A stretch of DNA of 64,000 nucleotides from Acidobacteriota bacterium. GTDB taxonomy: Bacteria > Acidobacteriota > UBA6911 > RPQK01 > JAJDTT01. How positions within the stretch are numbered: the stretch's first letter is position 1; every line of letters starts with the position of its first letter. A program made the translations under genes and the position numbers. A model generated the notes under the pieces. It worked only from the letters and a program-made list of their open reading frames with translations, ran no database searches and had not been told where the DNA came from. Positions 49,329-59,272 of this stretch are shown here, one piece after another. The stretch lies in NCBI GenBank assembly GCA_965209055.1, contig OZ242374.1, forward strand, positions 5,120,001 to 5,184,000, read 5' to 3'.

Positions 49329-51344
49329 ATGAGGGTCGTGTACATCACGGCGGGCGCAGGCGGCAGATACTGCGGGGCCTGCTTTCGGGACAACACCCTG
49401 GCCTCCGACCTCCTGGCCCGGGGACACGACGTCGAGTTGGTTCCCCTCTACACTCCGACCGTCACCGACGAACCCAACGTGAGTCTTGGGACCACCTTCT
49501 TCGGCGGCGTCAACGTCTACCTGCAGCAGCGTTTTTCCTTCTTCCGTTCGACTCCCTGGTTTCTGGATCGGTTCCTGGACTCCTCCTGGCTGCTGAACTC
49601 GGCCGGCCGCTGGGGAACCCGGACCGACCCCGGCGAACTGGGGGAGACCACAGTCTCGGTCCTCAGGGGAGAATCGGGTTTCCAGCGCAAGGAGCTGGAG
49701 AAGCTGTTGAGTTGGCTCCGAAGCCGCCGCCGTCCGGACATGGTCCACCTGGGGAACAGTCTGCTCAGCGGACTGGCTCCCGCCTTGAAAAAGGCCCTGT
49801 CCTGCCCCGTCTGCTGCACCCTCCAGGGCGAGGACCTGTTCCTGAAGGCGTTGAACGAACCCTACCGGGCCCAGGCCCAGGAGAGGATCCGGGCCAATGC
49901 CGAGTTCATCGATCAGTTCCACGCCGTGAGCCGCTACCACGCCCGAGCGATGCGGGACTACCTGGAACTCCCCGGCTCCAAGGTCGGCGTAATCCGTTCG
50001 GGAATCCACGTCGACGACTTTCAGCCGCGCGACTCCTCGCCGTCCCGTCCCTTCACCGTGGGATACCTGGCCCGGATCGCGCCCGAGAAGGGGTTGCACC
50101 TCCTCTGTGAAGCGTATCGCGGCGTCGCCCGCAAGTCGGGTCCGGGCAACACGCGCCTGCTGGTGGCGGGTGATCCGTCCACCGATCATTCCGGCTATCT
50201 GCAAGGGATCAGGAAGAAGATGCGCCGGTGGGGCCTGGAGGACAGCTTCCAGTACCGGGGCAGCCTGAGTCGTGCGGAGAAGATCCGGTTCCTGCAGGAA
50301 TTGGACGTTCTCTCGGTGCCCGCCTGCTACGACGAACCCAGGGGACTCTACACGCTGGAGGCCCAGGCCTGCGGCATTCCCGTGGTCCAGCCGAGGCGCG
50401 GGGTCTTCCCGGAGATCGTCGCGGCCACCGGCGGCGGCCTGCTGGTGGAGCCGGACGACTCCGCCGACCTGGCTCGCGGGATTCTGGATCTCCAACGCGA
50501 TCCGGAACGGACAGCCGAGTTGGGCCGGCGCGGGCGGGAAGGAGTTCGGGCGCACTACGACGCGCGTCAAATGGCGGCCGCCACGCTGCAGTCCTACGAG
50601 CGCCTGACCAGTCCCTCCAAACCCGGACGCATGCCCGCCGGGAGCGGCAGCTCTCCCCGGGGACCGGGCGGCCTGCAGGTCCGGCAGCTGAGCAAGGACT
50701 ACGCCACGCCCCGGGGCACCCTTCCGGTGCTGTCAGGAGTTTCATTGTCCCTCTCCCGGGGAGACGCGGTTTCGATCGTGGGACCCTCCGGTAGCGGCAA
50801 GAGCACGCTGCTTTACATCCTGGGAGCTCTGGAGCCGCCCACGGCCGGCACCGTCCGGCTGGAGGGGCAGAATCCGTTCGAATTGGAGCCGGGAGAACTG
50901 GCCCAATTCAGGAACCGGCAGGTGGGCTTCGTCTTCCAGGATCACTGCCTCCTGCCCCAATGCTCCGTCCTGGAAAACGTCCTGATACCGACCCTGGTCA
51001 CCCGTGCCCGGTCCAACGGCGGGGATCAGGTGCGCAAGGCCCGCGGCCTGCTGGAACGGGTGGGTCTCGGCGGTCGCCTCGATCACCGGCCCTGGGAACT
51101 CTCGGGCGGGGAGAAACAGCGCGCGGCCCTGGCCCGGGCCTTGATCCTGGATCCTTTTCTGCTGCTCTGCGATGAGCCCACGGGCAACCTGGACCGCCGG
51201 TCGGCGGAAACCGTCAGCGACCTCCTGTTGGAGTTGCACGGGCGCCGGCGCACGATTCTCATGGTGGTCACCCACAACCTGGAGCTGGCGGCGCGGTTTC
51301 CCAACCGTTATGAGCTCCGCGAATGCCGGCTCCACCCGCGATGA
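49329..51344 (+). CDS. GT4 glycosyltransferase fused to a LolD/MacB-type ABC ATPase
   Basis: N-terminal YCGACFRDN, GYLARIAPEKG, EPRGLYTLEA..CGIPVV; C-terminal GPSGSGKST, VFQDH, LSGGEKQR, LLCDEPTGNLD, VTH. Confidence 0.85.
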   Translation: MRVVYITAGAGGRYCGACFRDNTLASDLLARGHDVELVPLYTPTVTDEPNVSLGTTFFGGVNVYLQQRFSFFRSTPWFLDRFLDSSWLLNSAGRWGTRTDPGELGETTVSVLRGESGFQRKELEKLLSWLRSRRRPDMVHLGNSLLSGLAPALKKALSCPVCCTLQGEDLFLKALNEPYRAQAQERIRANAEFIDQFHAVSRYHARAMRDYLELPGSKVGVIRSGIHVDDFQPRDSSPSRPFTVGYLARIAPEKGLHLLCEAYRGVARKSGPGNTRLLVAGDPSTDHSGYLQGIRKKMRRWGLEDSFQYRGSLSRAEKIRFLQELDVLSVPACYDEPRGLYTLEAQACGIPVVQPRRGVFPEIVAATGGGLLVEPDDSADLARGILDLQRDPERTAELGRRGREGVRAHYDARQMAAATLQSYERLTSPSKPGRMPAGSGSSPRGPGGLQVRQLSKDYATPRGTLPVLSGVSLSLSRGDAVSIVGPSGSGKSTLLYILGALEPPTAGTVRLEGQNPFELEPGELAQFRNRQVGFVFQDHCLLPQCSVLENVLIPTLVTRARSNGGDQVRKARGLLERVGLGGRLDHRPWELSGGEKQRAALARALILDPFLLLCDEPTGNLDRRSAETVSDLLLELHGRRRTILMVVTHNLELAARFPNRYELRECRLHPR

Positions 51345-54300
51345 GGCTCCGCCGGGTCGTCATACGAAGCCTCGTCCACTTCTGGCCCACCCAACTGGCC
51401 ATCATCGGGGGCGTGGCCGTGAGCGTCGCCACGCTGGCCGGCGCCCTCCTGGTGGGAGATTCGGTCCGCTCCAGCCTCAGGGCGCTGGTGCTGGAGCGCT
51501 TGGGCAGGACGCACACCGCCGTCACGGCCTCCATGCCCTTCCCCGAGGATCTGGCCCGGAGACTCCAGGCCAATCCCGGCTTTTCCCAGGCTTTCGGGGG
51601 CGTCTGTCCCCTCATGGCGGCGGAAGGCGCCGTGGTTCACGCCGGCACCCGGCGACTGGCGTCCCGGGTCCAGGTCTACGGAGTGGACGAGCGGTTCTGG
51701 GCATTCCACGGACAGCCGTCCGAGCCCCTGGACCGCCGCAGCGCCCTCCTCAGTCCCGAATTGGCGCGGGAGCTGGATTGGAAGGAAGGGGACAGTCTGC
51801 TGGTGACGCTGCAGCAGCAGGCTGCGACTCCGGCCGAAACTCTTCATGGCCGGAGGGACTCCTCGGGAACCACGCTGAGGGTCCGGGGAAGCCGCGTCCT
51901 GCAGCCGGAGAACCTGGGAGAGTTCTCGATCCTGCAAAGAGGCGCCGCAGTCCGGACCCTGTTTCTGCCCCTGGCCGAGATTCAGCGGGCCCTGGAACAG
52001 GAGGGCCGGGTCAATGCACTGCTCCTGTCCGAAAGCGAGAACCCGTCCGGGAATGACGGGAACCGGCTTCCTGGAATGCTCCGGAAATCCTTTACTCCGG
52101 ACGATGCCGGACTCCGGATCCGGGCCCTGGAACATTGCTCCTGCCTCTCGTTGGAGCATGAAGGGGGCCTGCTGGACGAACCCGTGGTTGCCGCGTCCCG
52201 GCGGGCGGGCGCCGCCCTGAACCTGGAGTCCCGGCCCATCTTCAGCTACGTCGTCAACTCCATCGCCCATGGCGAGAAGAGTGTCCCCTACTCTCTGGTG
52301 ACGGGGCTCGAATCGGACCACCTGGCCCTGATCTCGGGGGGGGCGCCATCAGATTCCCAAGAGGAGGATTCTCCCGCGCCGATCTGGCTCAACGACTGGA
52401 CCTCCGGGGATCTGGGGATCGGCCCCGGCACACCGGTGACGCTGGAGTATTTCCTTTGGGATTACCGACGGGGGCTCTCGACGCAGACGGCGGAATTCCG
52501 GGTGGCCGGGGTCGTTCCCCTCTCCGGCCCGGCCGCGGACCGGGACCTGGTTCCCGAGTTCGAGGGCATCAGCCAGACCGAGTCCATCTCCCATTGGGAC
52601 CCGCCCTTTCCCGTCGACCTCTCGAGGATCCGGCATCAGGACGAAGATTATTGGGAACGCTACCGCACCACCCCCAAGGCGTTTCTCCCTCTTGAAACCG
52701 TCCAGAAGCTGTGGGGGTCCCGGTTCGGCGACGTGACCTCGCTTCGCTTCGGGAAACCGGACGAACTCACGCTGGGCGAGACTCTCGACCGCTTTCGGAA
52801 GAGCCTGCTGGCAAACCTCACCCCCGAGGACATGGGATTCGCGCTGCACCCGGTCAGGGTCACCGGCATCGAGGCGTCGCGCGGGAGCACCGACTTCGGC
52901 GAGTACTTCCTCTACTTCAGCTTCTTCCTGGTCATCTCCGCCCTGCTCCTGACCGTCCTTTTCTTCAAGCTGGGCCTGGAGCAGCGGCTGCGCCAAGTCG
53001 GCCTGTTCAAGGCCCTGGGGATTTCGGAGCCTCTGATCCGGCGCATCTTCGCGGCCGAAGGCCTGGTCCTGGCCCTCGCCGGGAGCCTGGTGGGCCTGGC
53101 GGGAGCCGCCGCCTACGGCTGGCTGATGATGTGGGGCCTGCGAACCCGCTGGATCTTCGCGGTGGGAACCACCAGGCTGACCCTGCACGTGGAACCGGCG
53201 ACCCTTCTGGTTGGGGCCGCCGCCGGGGTGGCGGCCGCCTTCGCCTGTATCCTGCTGACCCTTCGAAGACTCGGCAAGGCGCCTCCCCGGCTCCTGCTGG
53301 CGGGCGAGAAGGAGCCTTTGGCCCCCGGCTCCGGACGGCGGTCCCTGCTGGCGGCGCTGGCGCTGGGAGCGGCCGGACTGATCTTCCTGCTGGCGGCGAT
53401 CCAGGAGTGGATCGGCCAGACGGCCGGATTCTTCGGCTCCGGCGCCCTGCTGCTGGTCTCTCTCCTGGCGTTCCAGTGGTGGTTCCTTGCCTCGGACCGG
53501 GGGCTGCGATTCCAGGGACGGGGGATCGCGGCCCTGAGCCGGATCGGACTCCGGAACATGAGCTACCGGCCGGGCCGGTCCCTCCTCTCCATCGGCCTCA
53601 TCGCGCTGGCCTCCTTCATCATCGTGACGGTGGGAGTCTTTCGCCGCGAGGGTGGCCCCTCCCTGGCGCCAGGGTCGGGAACCGGCGGATTCTCCCTGGC
53701 GGCCGAGTCGTCGCTTCCCTTCTTCCAGGACCCCGACGACCCGGAGAGCGCACCCGAACTGAACCTGGACCGGCTGCCCTCCCGGGAAAAGCTCCGCTTC
53801 TGGTCGTTCCGGCTCCGTCCCGGGGACGACGCCAGTTGCCGCAATCTCTATCGCCCGGCCAACCCGAGAATCCTGGGCGCACCATCCGCGTTCCTGGACC
53901 TGGGACGCTTCAGCTTCAGTTCCTCGCTGGCTTCCGAAGACCAGGACAATCCGTGGCGCCTGCTGGAGGCGGACCCGGAAGACTCGGCGATTCCCGCCAT
54001 CGCCGACGCCACGTCGATGGCGTATTCGCTGCACACGGGCCTCGGAGAAGAGATCGTTCTGAACCGGGCGGAAGGGGAGCCGGTCCGGCTGAAGCTGGTG
54101 GGAGCCCTGTCCGACAGCGTCCTGCAAGGCGAGATCGTGATCTCCGAGCGGAACTTCCTGAAGCTGTTTCCGAAACAGCAGGGTTACCGCTACTTCCTCA
54201 TCGAGACTCCCGACCGGAAGGACGGGGACTGGGTTGAACGCCTGGAGCGGAGCCTCTCCGACTACGGGTTCGACGCCACCTCCACCGCCGACCGCCTGGC

Positions 54301-54703
54301 CAGCTTCCACCGGGTCGAGAATACGTACCTGTCCACCTTCCAGAGCCTGGGGGCGCTGGGCCTGCTGCTGGGAACGTTGGGAACCGCGGTGATCCTGCTC
54401 CGAAACGTCCTGGAGCGCCGCAGAGAGCTGGCCTTGATGCGGGCCGTCGGCTACGGACCGGGCCACCTGGGCGCCATGGTGCTGGCCGAGAACCTGCTGC
54501 TGGTGGGATTCGCCCTGGTGACGGGGGTCTCCTCGGCCCTGGTCGCCGTGGCCCCGGTTCTCCTCGCCCGCGACCTGGGCCCCGCCCTGGCCCCCACCGG
54601 AGCCCTCGCCGGCCTGGTCCTCCTGGTGGGGCTGCTGGCCTCGCTGGCCGCCGTCGCCGCCGCCATCCGCACCCCCGTCATCGCCTCCCTCCGCTCGAAA
54701 TAG
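51341..54703 (+). CDS. FtsX/MacB-like ABC permease with duplicated architecture
   Basis: ATGA overlap with the upstream stop; two FtsX units (EQRLRQVGLFKALG; ERRRELALMRAVG). Confidence 0.9.
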   Translation: MRLRRVVIRSLVHFWPTQLAIIGGVAVSVATLAGALLVGDSVRSSLRALVLERLGRTHTAVTASMPFPEDLARRLQANPGFSQAFGGVCPLMAAEGAVVHAGTRRLASRVQVYGVDERFWAFHGQPSEPLDRRSALLSPELARELDWKEGDSLLVTLQQQAATPAETLHGRRDSSGTTLRVRGSRVLQPENLGEFSILQRGAAVRTLFLPLAEIQRALEQEGRVNALLLSESENPSGNDGNRLPGMLRKSFTPDDAGLRIRALEHCSCLSLEHEGGLLDEPVVAASRRAGAALNLESRPIFSYVVNSIAHGEKSVPYSLVTGLESDHLALISGGAPSDSQEEDSPAPIWLNDWTSGDLGIGPGTPVTLEYFLWDYRRGLSTQTAEFRVAGVVPLSGPAADRDLVPEFEGISQTESISHWDPPFPVDLSRIRHQDEDYWERYRTTPKAFLPLETVQKLWGSRFGDVTSLRFGKPDELTLGETLDRFRKSLLANLTPEDMGFALHPVRVTGIEASRGSTDFGEYFLYFSFFLVISALLLTVLFFKLGLEQRLRQVGLFKALGISEPLIRRIFAAEGLVLALAGSLVGLAGAAAYGWLMMWGLRTRWIFAVGTTRLTLHVEPATLLVGAAAGVAAAFACILLTLRRLGKAPPRLLLAGEKEPLAPGSGRRSLLAALALGAAGLIFLLAAIQEWIGQTAGFFGSGALLLVSLLAFQWWFLASDRGLRFQGRGIAALSRIGLRNMSYRPGRSLLSIGLIALASFIIVTVGVFRREGGPSLAPGSGTGGFSLAAESSLPFFQDPDDPESAPELNLDRLPSREKLRFWSFRLRPGDDASCRNLYRPANPRILGAPSAFLDLGRFSFSSSLASEDQDNPWRLLEADPEDSAIPAIADATSMAYSLHTGLGEEIVLNRAEGEPVRLKLVGALSDSVLQGEIVISERNFLKLFPKQQGYRYFLIETPDRKDGDWVERLERSLSDYGFDATSTADRLASFHRVENTYLSTFQSLGALGLLLGTLGTAVILLRNVLERRRELALMRAVGYGPGHLGAMVLAENLLLVGFALVTGVSSALVAVAPVLLARDLGPALAPTGALAGLVLLVGLLASLAAVAAAIRTPVIASLRSK

Positions 54704-54823
54704 CGGCGACCTCCCCTTTGCCGGGACCGGCCGGTTTCCAACCGCCGAACTACGGAGTGGACATCTGGCAATGAGTGCAGGACGACTGGAAGTCTCCCCT
54801 CCACCCGTCCGCCAAATTCCGTC

Positions 54824-54832
54824 TGATAGAAT
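54824..54832 (+). promoter_or_regulatory. Possible extended -10 promoter for the radical SAM operon
   Basis: TGaTAGAAT about 50 nt upstream of the ATG. Confidence 0.35.
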
Positions 54833-54883
54833 GACCCCGCGCGGCGGCAGGCGATCCGGCCCCGCCGCGGCCGGGCTTGCGTG

Positions 54884-56191
54884 ATGCAATCGGACAAGGA
54901 CACCGTCGCCAGCAACTACTTCATCGCCAACTATCCCCCCTTCTCCTTCTGGAAGCCGGAGGGCGTGACGGACGCACTGGCGGCTTTGGCGCGCCCCGCG
55001 GACCCCGAGACGCCGCTGGGCCTCTACCTCCACATCCCCTTCTGCCGCAAGCGCTGCCATTTCTGCTATTTCAAGGTCTATACGGGCAAGGGTTCCCGGG
55101 AGATCCTGGGCTATCTGGACGCACTGGTCCGGGAGCTGGACCTCTACTCCCGGCTTCCTTTTGTGAACGGCCGGGAACTGGACTTCATCTATTTCGGAGG
55201 CGGGACTCCGTCCTACCTCTCCACCCGGCAACTCTCGGCCCTGGTCGGGGAGTTGAAGCAGCATTTCTCCTGGGATCACGCCCGGGAGATCACCTTCGAA
55301 TGCGAGCCCGGCACGCTGACGCCGGGGAAGCTGGAGCTTCTGCGCGACCTCGGCGTCACCCGCCTCAGCCTGGGGGTGGAGAACTTTGACGACCATGTCC
55401 TGGAGATCAACGGCCGGGCGCACCGTTCCCGCGAGATCTGGGACGTCTACGAGCGGGCCAGCCGCCTCGACTTCCCCCAGGTCAACATCGATCTCATCGC
55501 CGGGATGGTGGACGAGACGGAGGAGAACTGGCTCCGGTGCGTGGAGAACACCCTCCAGCTTCAACCCGACAGCGTCACCGTCTACCAGATGGAGATTCCC
55601 TTCAACACCACCATCTACCAGCGTATGCGCGAGCAGGGGAAGACCCGGGCGCCCGTGGCCGACTGGCCCACCAAGCGCCGCTGGGTGGACCTGGCTTTCC
55701 AGGAACTGGAACGGAACGGCTACCACGTGGCCAGCGCCTACACCGCCGTCCGATCACCGGAACGGAGCCGGTTCCTCTACCGGGACCAGCTCTGGTCGGG
55801 GGCCGACATGATGGCCCTGGGAGTGGCTTCCTTCTCCCACGTGGGAGGGACCCATTTCCAGAACGAGCACGACATGGGCCCCTACCTGCGCCGCCTGGAC
55901 CAGGGGGAGCTCCCCTTGCACCGCGCCCTGACGCCGACCGGTGAGGAGCGCCTGATCCGGGAGCTGATCCTGCAGTTGAAGCTGGGCAGGGTCCGGACCG
56001 GATATTTTCGGAACAAATTCCAAGTGGACATTCTCGAGAGGTTCGCGGATCCCATCGGCGAACTGGCCGGGGAGGGCTACATGACGGCCTCCCCCGAAGA
56101 ATTGGAACTCAGCCGGGAGGGCCTGCTGCAGGTGGATCGGCTGCTGCCCCTATTCTTCCTCCGGGAGCACCAAGATTCACGCTACACGTAA
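54884..56191 (+). CDS. HemN-like radical SAM protein
   Basis: YLHIPFCRKRCHFCYF (CxxxCxxC), GGGTPS, RLSLGVE, NIDLIAG. Confidence 0.9.
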   Translation: MQSDKDTVASNYFIANYPPFSFWKPEGVTDALAALARPADPETPLGLYLHIPFCRKRCHFCYFKVYTGKGSREILGYLDALVRELDLYSRLPFVNGRELDFIYFGGGTPSYLSTRQLSALVGELKQHFSWDHAREITFECEPGTLTPGKLELLRDLGVTRLSLGVENFDDHVLEINGRAHRSREIWDVYERASRLDFPQVNIDLIAGMVDETEENWLRCVENTLQLQPDSVTVYQMEIPFNTTIYQRMREQGKTRAPVADWPTKRRWVDLAFQELERNGYHVASAYTAVRSPERSRFLYRDQLWSGADMMALGVASFSHVGGTHFQNEHDMGPYLRRLDQGELPLHRALTPTGEERLIRELILQLKLGRVRTGYFRNKFQVDILERFADPIGELAGEGYMTASPEELELSREGLLQVDRLLPLFFLREHQDSRYT

Positions 56192-57505
56192 ATGACGGAG
56201 ACAGTCCGAGATTACGACGTGGTGGTGGCCGGGGGAGGACCCGCCGGCGCCACCACCGCCGCCTTGCTGGCCCAGGCCGGGTGGAAGGTGCTGGTGCTGG
56301 AGAAAGAGCGGTTTCCCCGCTACTCGGTGGGGGAATCGCTGATGCCCTACTGCTACTTCACCCTGGAGCGGCTGGGACTGATCGAGCAGCTCCAGCGTTC
56401 GGCCTTTCCCCGCAAATACAGCGTCCAGTTCGTCTCCACCGCGGGACGCGTCTCCCAGCCCTTCTACTTTTTTCAGCACCTGGACCACGAAGCCTCCACC
56501 ACCTGGCAGGTCCTGCGCAGCGAGTTCGATTCTCTCCTGCTGGACAACGCCCGGGCCAAGGGGGCCACGGTCCGGGAAGAGGTCTCGGTCACCCGCCTGA
56601 TCCGGGAAGCGGGTTCGGTCACGGGCGTGGAGGCCGTCACCCGCGACGGCGAGAGGTTCCGGGTCCTGGCGCCCATGACCGTCGACGCCACGGGCCGAGC
56701 CGCCGTGTCCGCCGCCTCCAACCGCTGGAGGATACGGGACCGGGCCCTGAACCGGGCCGCGCTCTGGACCTACTATCGGGGCGCGCTCCGGGACCCGGGC
56801 CTGGACGAAGGAGCCACCACCATCGCCTACCTGCCCGAGAAGGGGTGGTTCTGGTACATCCCGCTCCCGGACGATCAGGTCAGCGTCGGCGCCGTGGCCC
56901 ACAAGAGCTACCTGTTCCGCGACTCCCGGGACCTCCAGACCGTGTTCGACCGCGAGATCCAGCGCAATCCGTGGATCCGAAAGCACGTGGCCCCGGGACG
57001 CCAGGAGGGTCCGGTGAGGTTGACGGGGGACTACTCCTATCGTTCACGCTACTGCGCCGCCCCGGGCTTGGTGCTGGTGGGAGACGCCTTCGCCTTCCTG
57101 GACCCCATCTTCTCCTCCGGCGTGTTCCTGGCGCTGAAGAGCGGAGAGATGGCCGCCGACGCCATCGACGACGCCCTCAAGGCGGGTGACGTCGGCGCGG
57201 ACCGGTTCGCCCGGTATGGGCGCGACCTGACTCGGGGCATCGAGGCCATGCGGCGCCTGGTCTATGCCTTCTACGACCAGGAGTTCAGCTTCCGGCGGCT
57301 TCTGAACCGGCATGGGGACCTGAGGGGCGACCTCACCGACTGCCTCATCGGCCACCTCTTCCGGGAGTTCGACGATCTTTTCGGCGCCATCGAGGAGCTG
57401 GTGGAGTTGCCTCCGCCCTTGAAACATGGCCATCCGCTGGCCGGGGAGGGCTTTCGCCCGCCCCTCCGCCGGGCCGCAACCGCAACCGGACCAGCGATCA
57501 GGTAG
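56192..57505 (+). CDS. FAD-dependent halogenase-type oxidoreductase
   Basis: GGGPAG, FPRYSVGESL, DATGR, WFWYIP (WxWxIP), GDAFAFLDPIFSSG. Confidence 0.82.
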   Translation: MTETVRDYDVVVAGGGPAGATTAALLAQAGWKVLVLEKERFPRYSVGESLMPYCYFTLERLGLIEQLQRSAFPRKYSVQFVSTAGRVSQPFYFFQHLDHEASTTWQVLRSEFDSLLLDNARAKGATVREEVSVTRLIREAGSVTGVEAVTRDGERFRVLAPMTVDATGRAAVSAASNRWRIRDRALNRAALWTYYRGALRDPGLDEGATTIAYLPEKGWFWYIPLPDDQVSVGAVAHKSYLFRDSRDLQTVFDREIQRNPWIRKHVAPGRQEGPVRLTGDYSYRSRYCAAPGLVLVGDAFAFLDPIFSSGVFLALKSGEMAADAIDDALKAGDVGADRFARYGRDLTRGIEAMRRLVYAFYDQEFSFRRLLNRHGDLRGDLTDCLIGHLFREFDDLFGAIEELVELPPPLKHGHPLAGEGFRPPLRRAATATGPAIR

Positions 57506-57514
57506 TCGAGTCCA

Positions 57515-57967
57515 GTGGCATACGAGTTCAAGGCCAGCCGCCGGATCCAGTTCGCGGACACCGACATGGCCGGCATCGTCCACTTCGCCAACTTTTTCCG
57601 CTTCATGGAGGAGACGGAGCACGAGTTCTACCGCTCGCTGGGATTCGCGGGTCACTTCAGCGGGCCCCGGGGGACGTTGGGTTGGCCCCGGCTCAGCGCC
57701 AGTTGCGACTACCGGAAACCCCTCCGCTTCGAGGACGTGGTGGAGATCCACCTCCTGGTGCGCGCCAAGGAGGAAAAATCCCTCCTCCTGGATTTCATTT
57801 TCCGGAAACAGTCCCGCAACGGTCTCCAGGTGGTGGCGGCCGGCGCCCTCAAGGTCGTCTGCGTCCGGGTCTCCGAGGAGACGGGCCTCATGTCCTCCAT
57901 CCCCATCCCGCCTGAAATCTCCGCCCGGATCGACGCCGCTCCTTCGCGCCTGCTGGAGAGCCTTTGA
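57515..57967 (+). CDS. Hotdog-fold acyl-CoA thioesterase (4HBT family)
   Basis: FADTDMAGIVHFANFFRFME, YRKPLRFED. Confidence 0.88.
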   Translation: MAYEFKASRRIQFADTDMAGIVHFANFFRFMEETEHEFYRSLGFAGHFSGPRGTLGWPRLSASCDYRKPLRFEDVVEIHLLVRAKEEKSLLLDFIFRKQSRNGLQVVAAGALKVVCVRVSEETGLMSSIPIPPEISARIDAAPSRLLESL

Positions 57968-59238
57968 GTCTTATGGAGCCCCCCGGACCGGAAGCCATCC
58001 GGAAACGGCAGCGTGAGAAACTGCAGCGGCTGCTGGAAACGGTCCTGGCCTCGAACCCGTTCTACCGGGAGAAGCTGGACCCCACACCGCTGACGCGGAA
58101 GCCTCCGAGCCTCCGCCAGTTTCGGCGCCAGGTTCCGTTCACCGGGAAACGGGAACTCCTGGAGGACCAGGTCCGGAATCCTCCCTTCGGCCGCAACCTG
58201 AGCTTTCCGCTGCACCGTTACACCCGTTTCAACCAGACCAGCGGCAGCCGGGGCGAACCGCTCCGTTGCCTGGACACCGCCGAGACCTGGGACAAGATGC
58301 TGGAATGCTGGAAGACCGTCTACCGGATGTCGGGAGTGAGGCCCGGGGACCGCATCTTCTTCGCCTTCTCCTTCGGCCCCTTCCTCGGTTTCTGGACCGC
58401 CTTCGACGCGGCGCAGGCCCTGGGGACACTCTGTATTCCGGGCGGCGGGCAGAGCAGCCTGGGGCGCCTGCGAGCCATTCTGGGCAACGGAGTGGACGTC
58501 CTCTGCGCCACACCGACCTACGCCCTGCACCTGGCCGAGGTCGCGGCGGAAAACGGCCTCTCGCTGGAGCAGTCCCCGGTTCGAATCCTTTTGACGGCCG
58601 GAGAACCGGGGGGGTGCATCGAGGCCACCCGGACTCGCCTGGAAGCCGCCTGGGGCGCCCGCCTTCGCGATCACCACGGCATGACCGAGGTGGGCCCCGT
58701 CAGCTACGAGTGCCCTTCCCGGCGGGGCGTCCTGCACGTCCTGGAAAACGCCTATCTGGCCGAGGTGGTGGACCCGGCCACCTCCCGTCCCGTCGCGCCG
58801 GGGGAGACGGGGGAATTGATTCTGACCACGCTGGACCGGGTCGGGTCTCCCGTCCTGCGCTACCGGACCGGAGACCTGGTGAAACCGTCCACCATGAGCC
58901 CCTGCGCCTGCGGCCGATTCGAGCTGGCGCTGGAAGGCGGCGTTCTGGGGAGGGTCGACGACATGGTGGTGATCCGGGGCGTGAACCTGTTTCCGGCCGC
59001 CGTCGAGGAGGTGATCCGGAAACGCCCGGAAATCTCCGAGTACCGGGTGGAGGTCCACGAGTCGGGCGTGCTCAAGGAAATGACGATCCAGATCGAGTCG
59101 AGCCTGGGGGAAGGGGGAGCCCGGCAACTGGAGCGGGAGCTTCACGCCGCCTTCGCGCTGAGAATTCCCGTCTCGCCGGTGCCGCCGGGGACTCTGCCCC
59201 GCTTCGAAATGAAGTCACGGCGCTGGATCATGAAGTGA
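57964..59238 (+). CDS. Phenylacetate-CoA ligase (PaaK)-family adenylate-forming enzyme
   Basis: TSGSRGEP, TPTYAL, GMTE, RYRTGD, GRVDDMVVIRGVNLFP, KSRR. Confidence 0.88.
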   Translation: MSLMEPPGPEAIRKRQREKLQRLLETVLASNPFYREKLDPTPLTRKPPSLRQFRRQVPFTGKRELLEDQVRNPPFGRNLSFPLHRYTRFNQTSGSRGEPLRCLDTAETWDKMLECWKTVYRMSGVRPGDRIFFAFSFGPFLGFWTAFDAAQALGTLCIPGGGQSSLGRLRAILGNGVDVLCATPTYALHLAEVAAENGLSLEQSPVRILLTAGEPGGCIEATRTRLEAAWGARLRDHHGMTEVGPVSYECPSRRGVLHVLENAYLAEVVDPATSRPVAPGETGELILTTLDRVGSPVLRYRTGDLVKPSTMSPCACGRFELALEGGVLGRVDDMVVIRGVNLFPAAVEEVIRKRPEISEYRVEVHESGVLKEMTIQIESSLGEGGARQLERELHAAFALRIPVSPVPPGTLPRFEMKSRRWIMK

Positions 59239-59272
59239 GGGCCGAGTATCGAGCCCGGGTTGGCGCGGGGAA

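Noticed and set aside
54884-56191. Assigning hemN or hemW
   Set aside because: The family match is clear but the context is non-heme, so function cannot be fixed from motifs.
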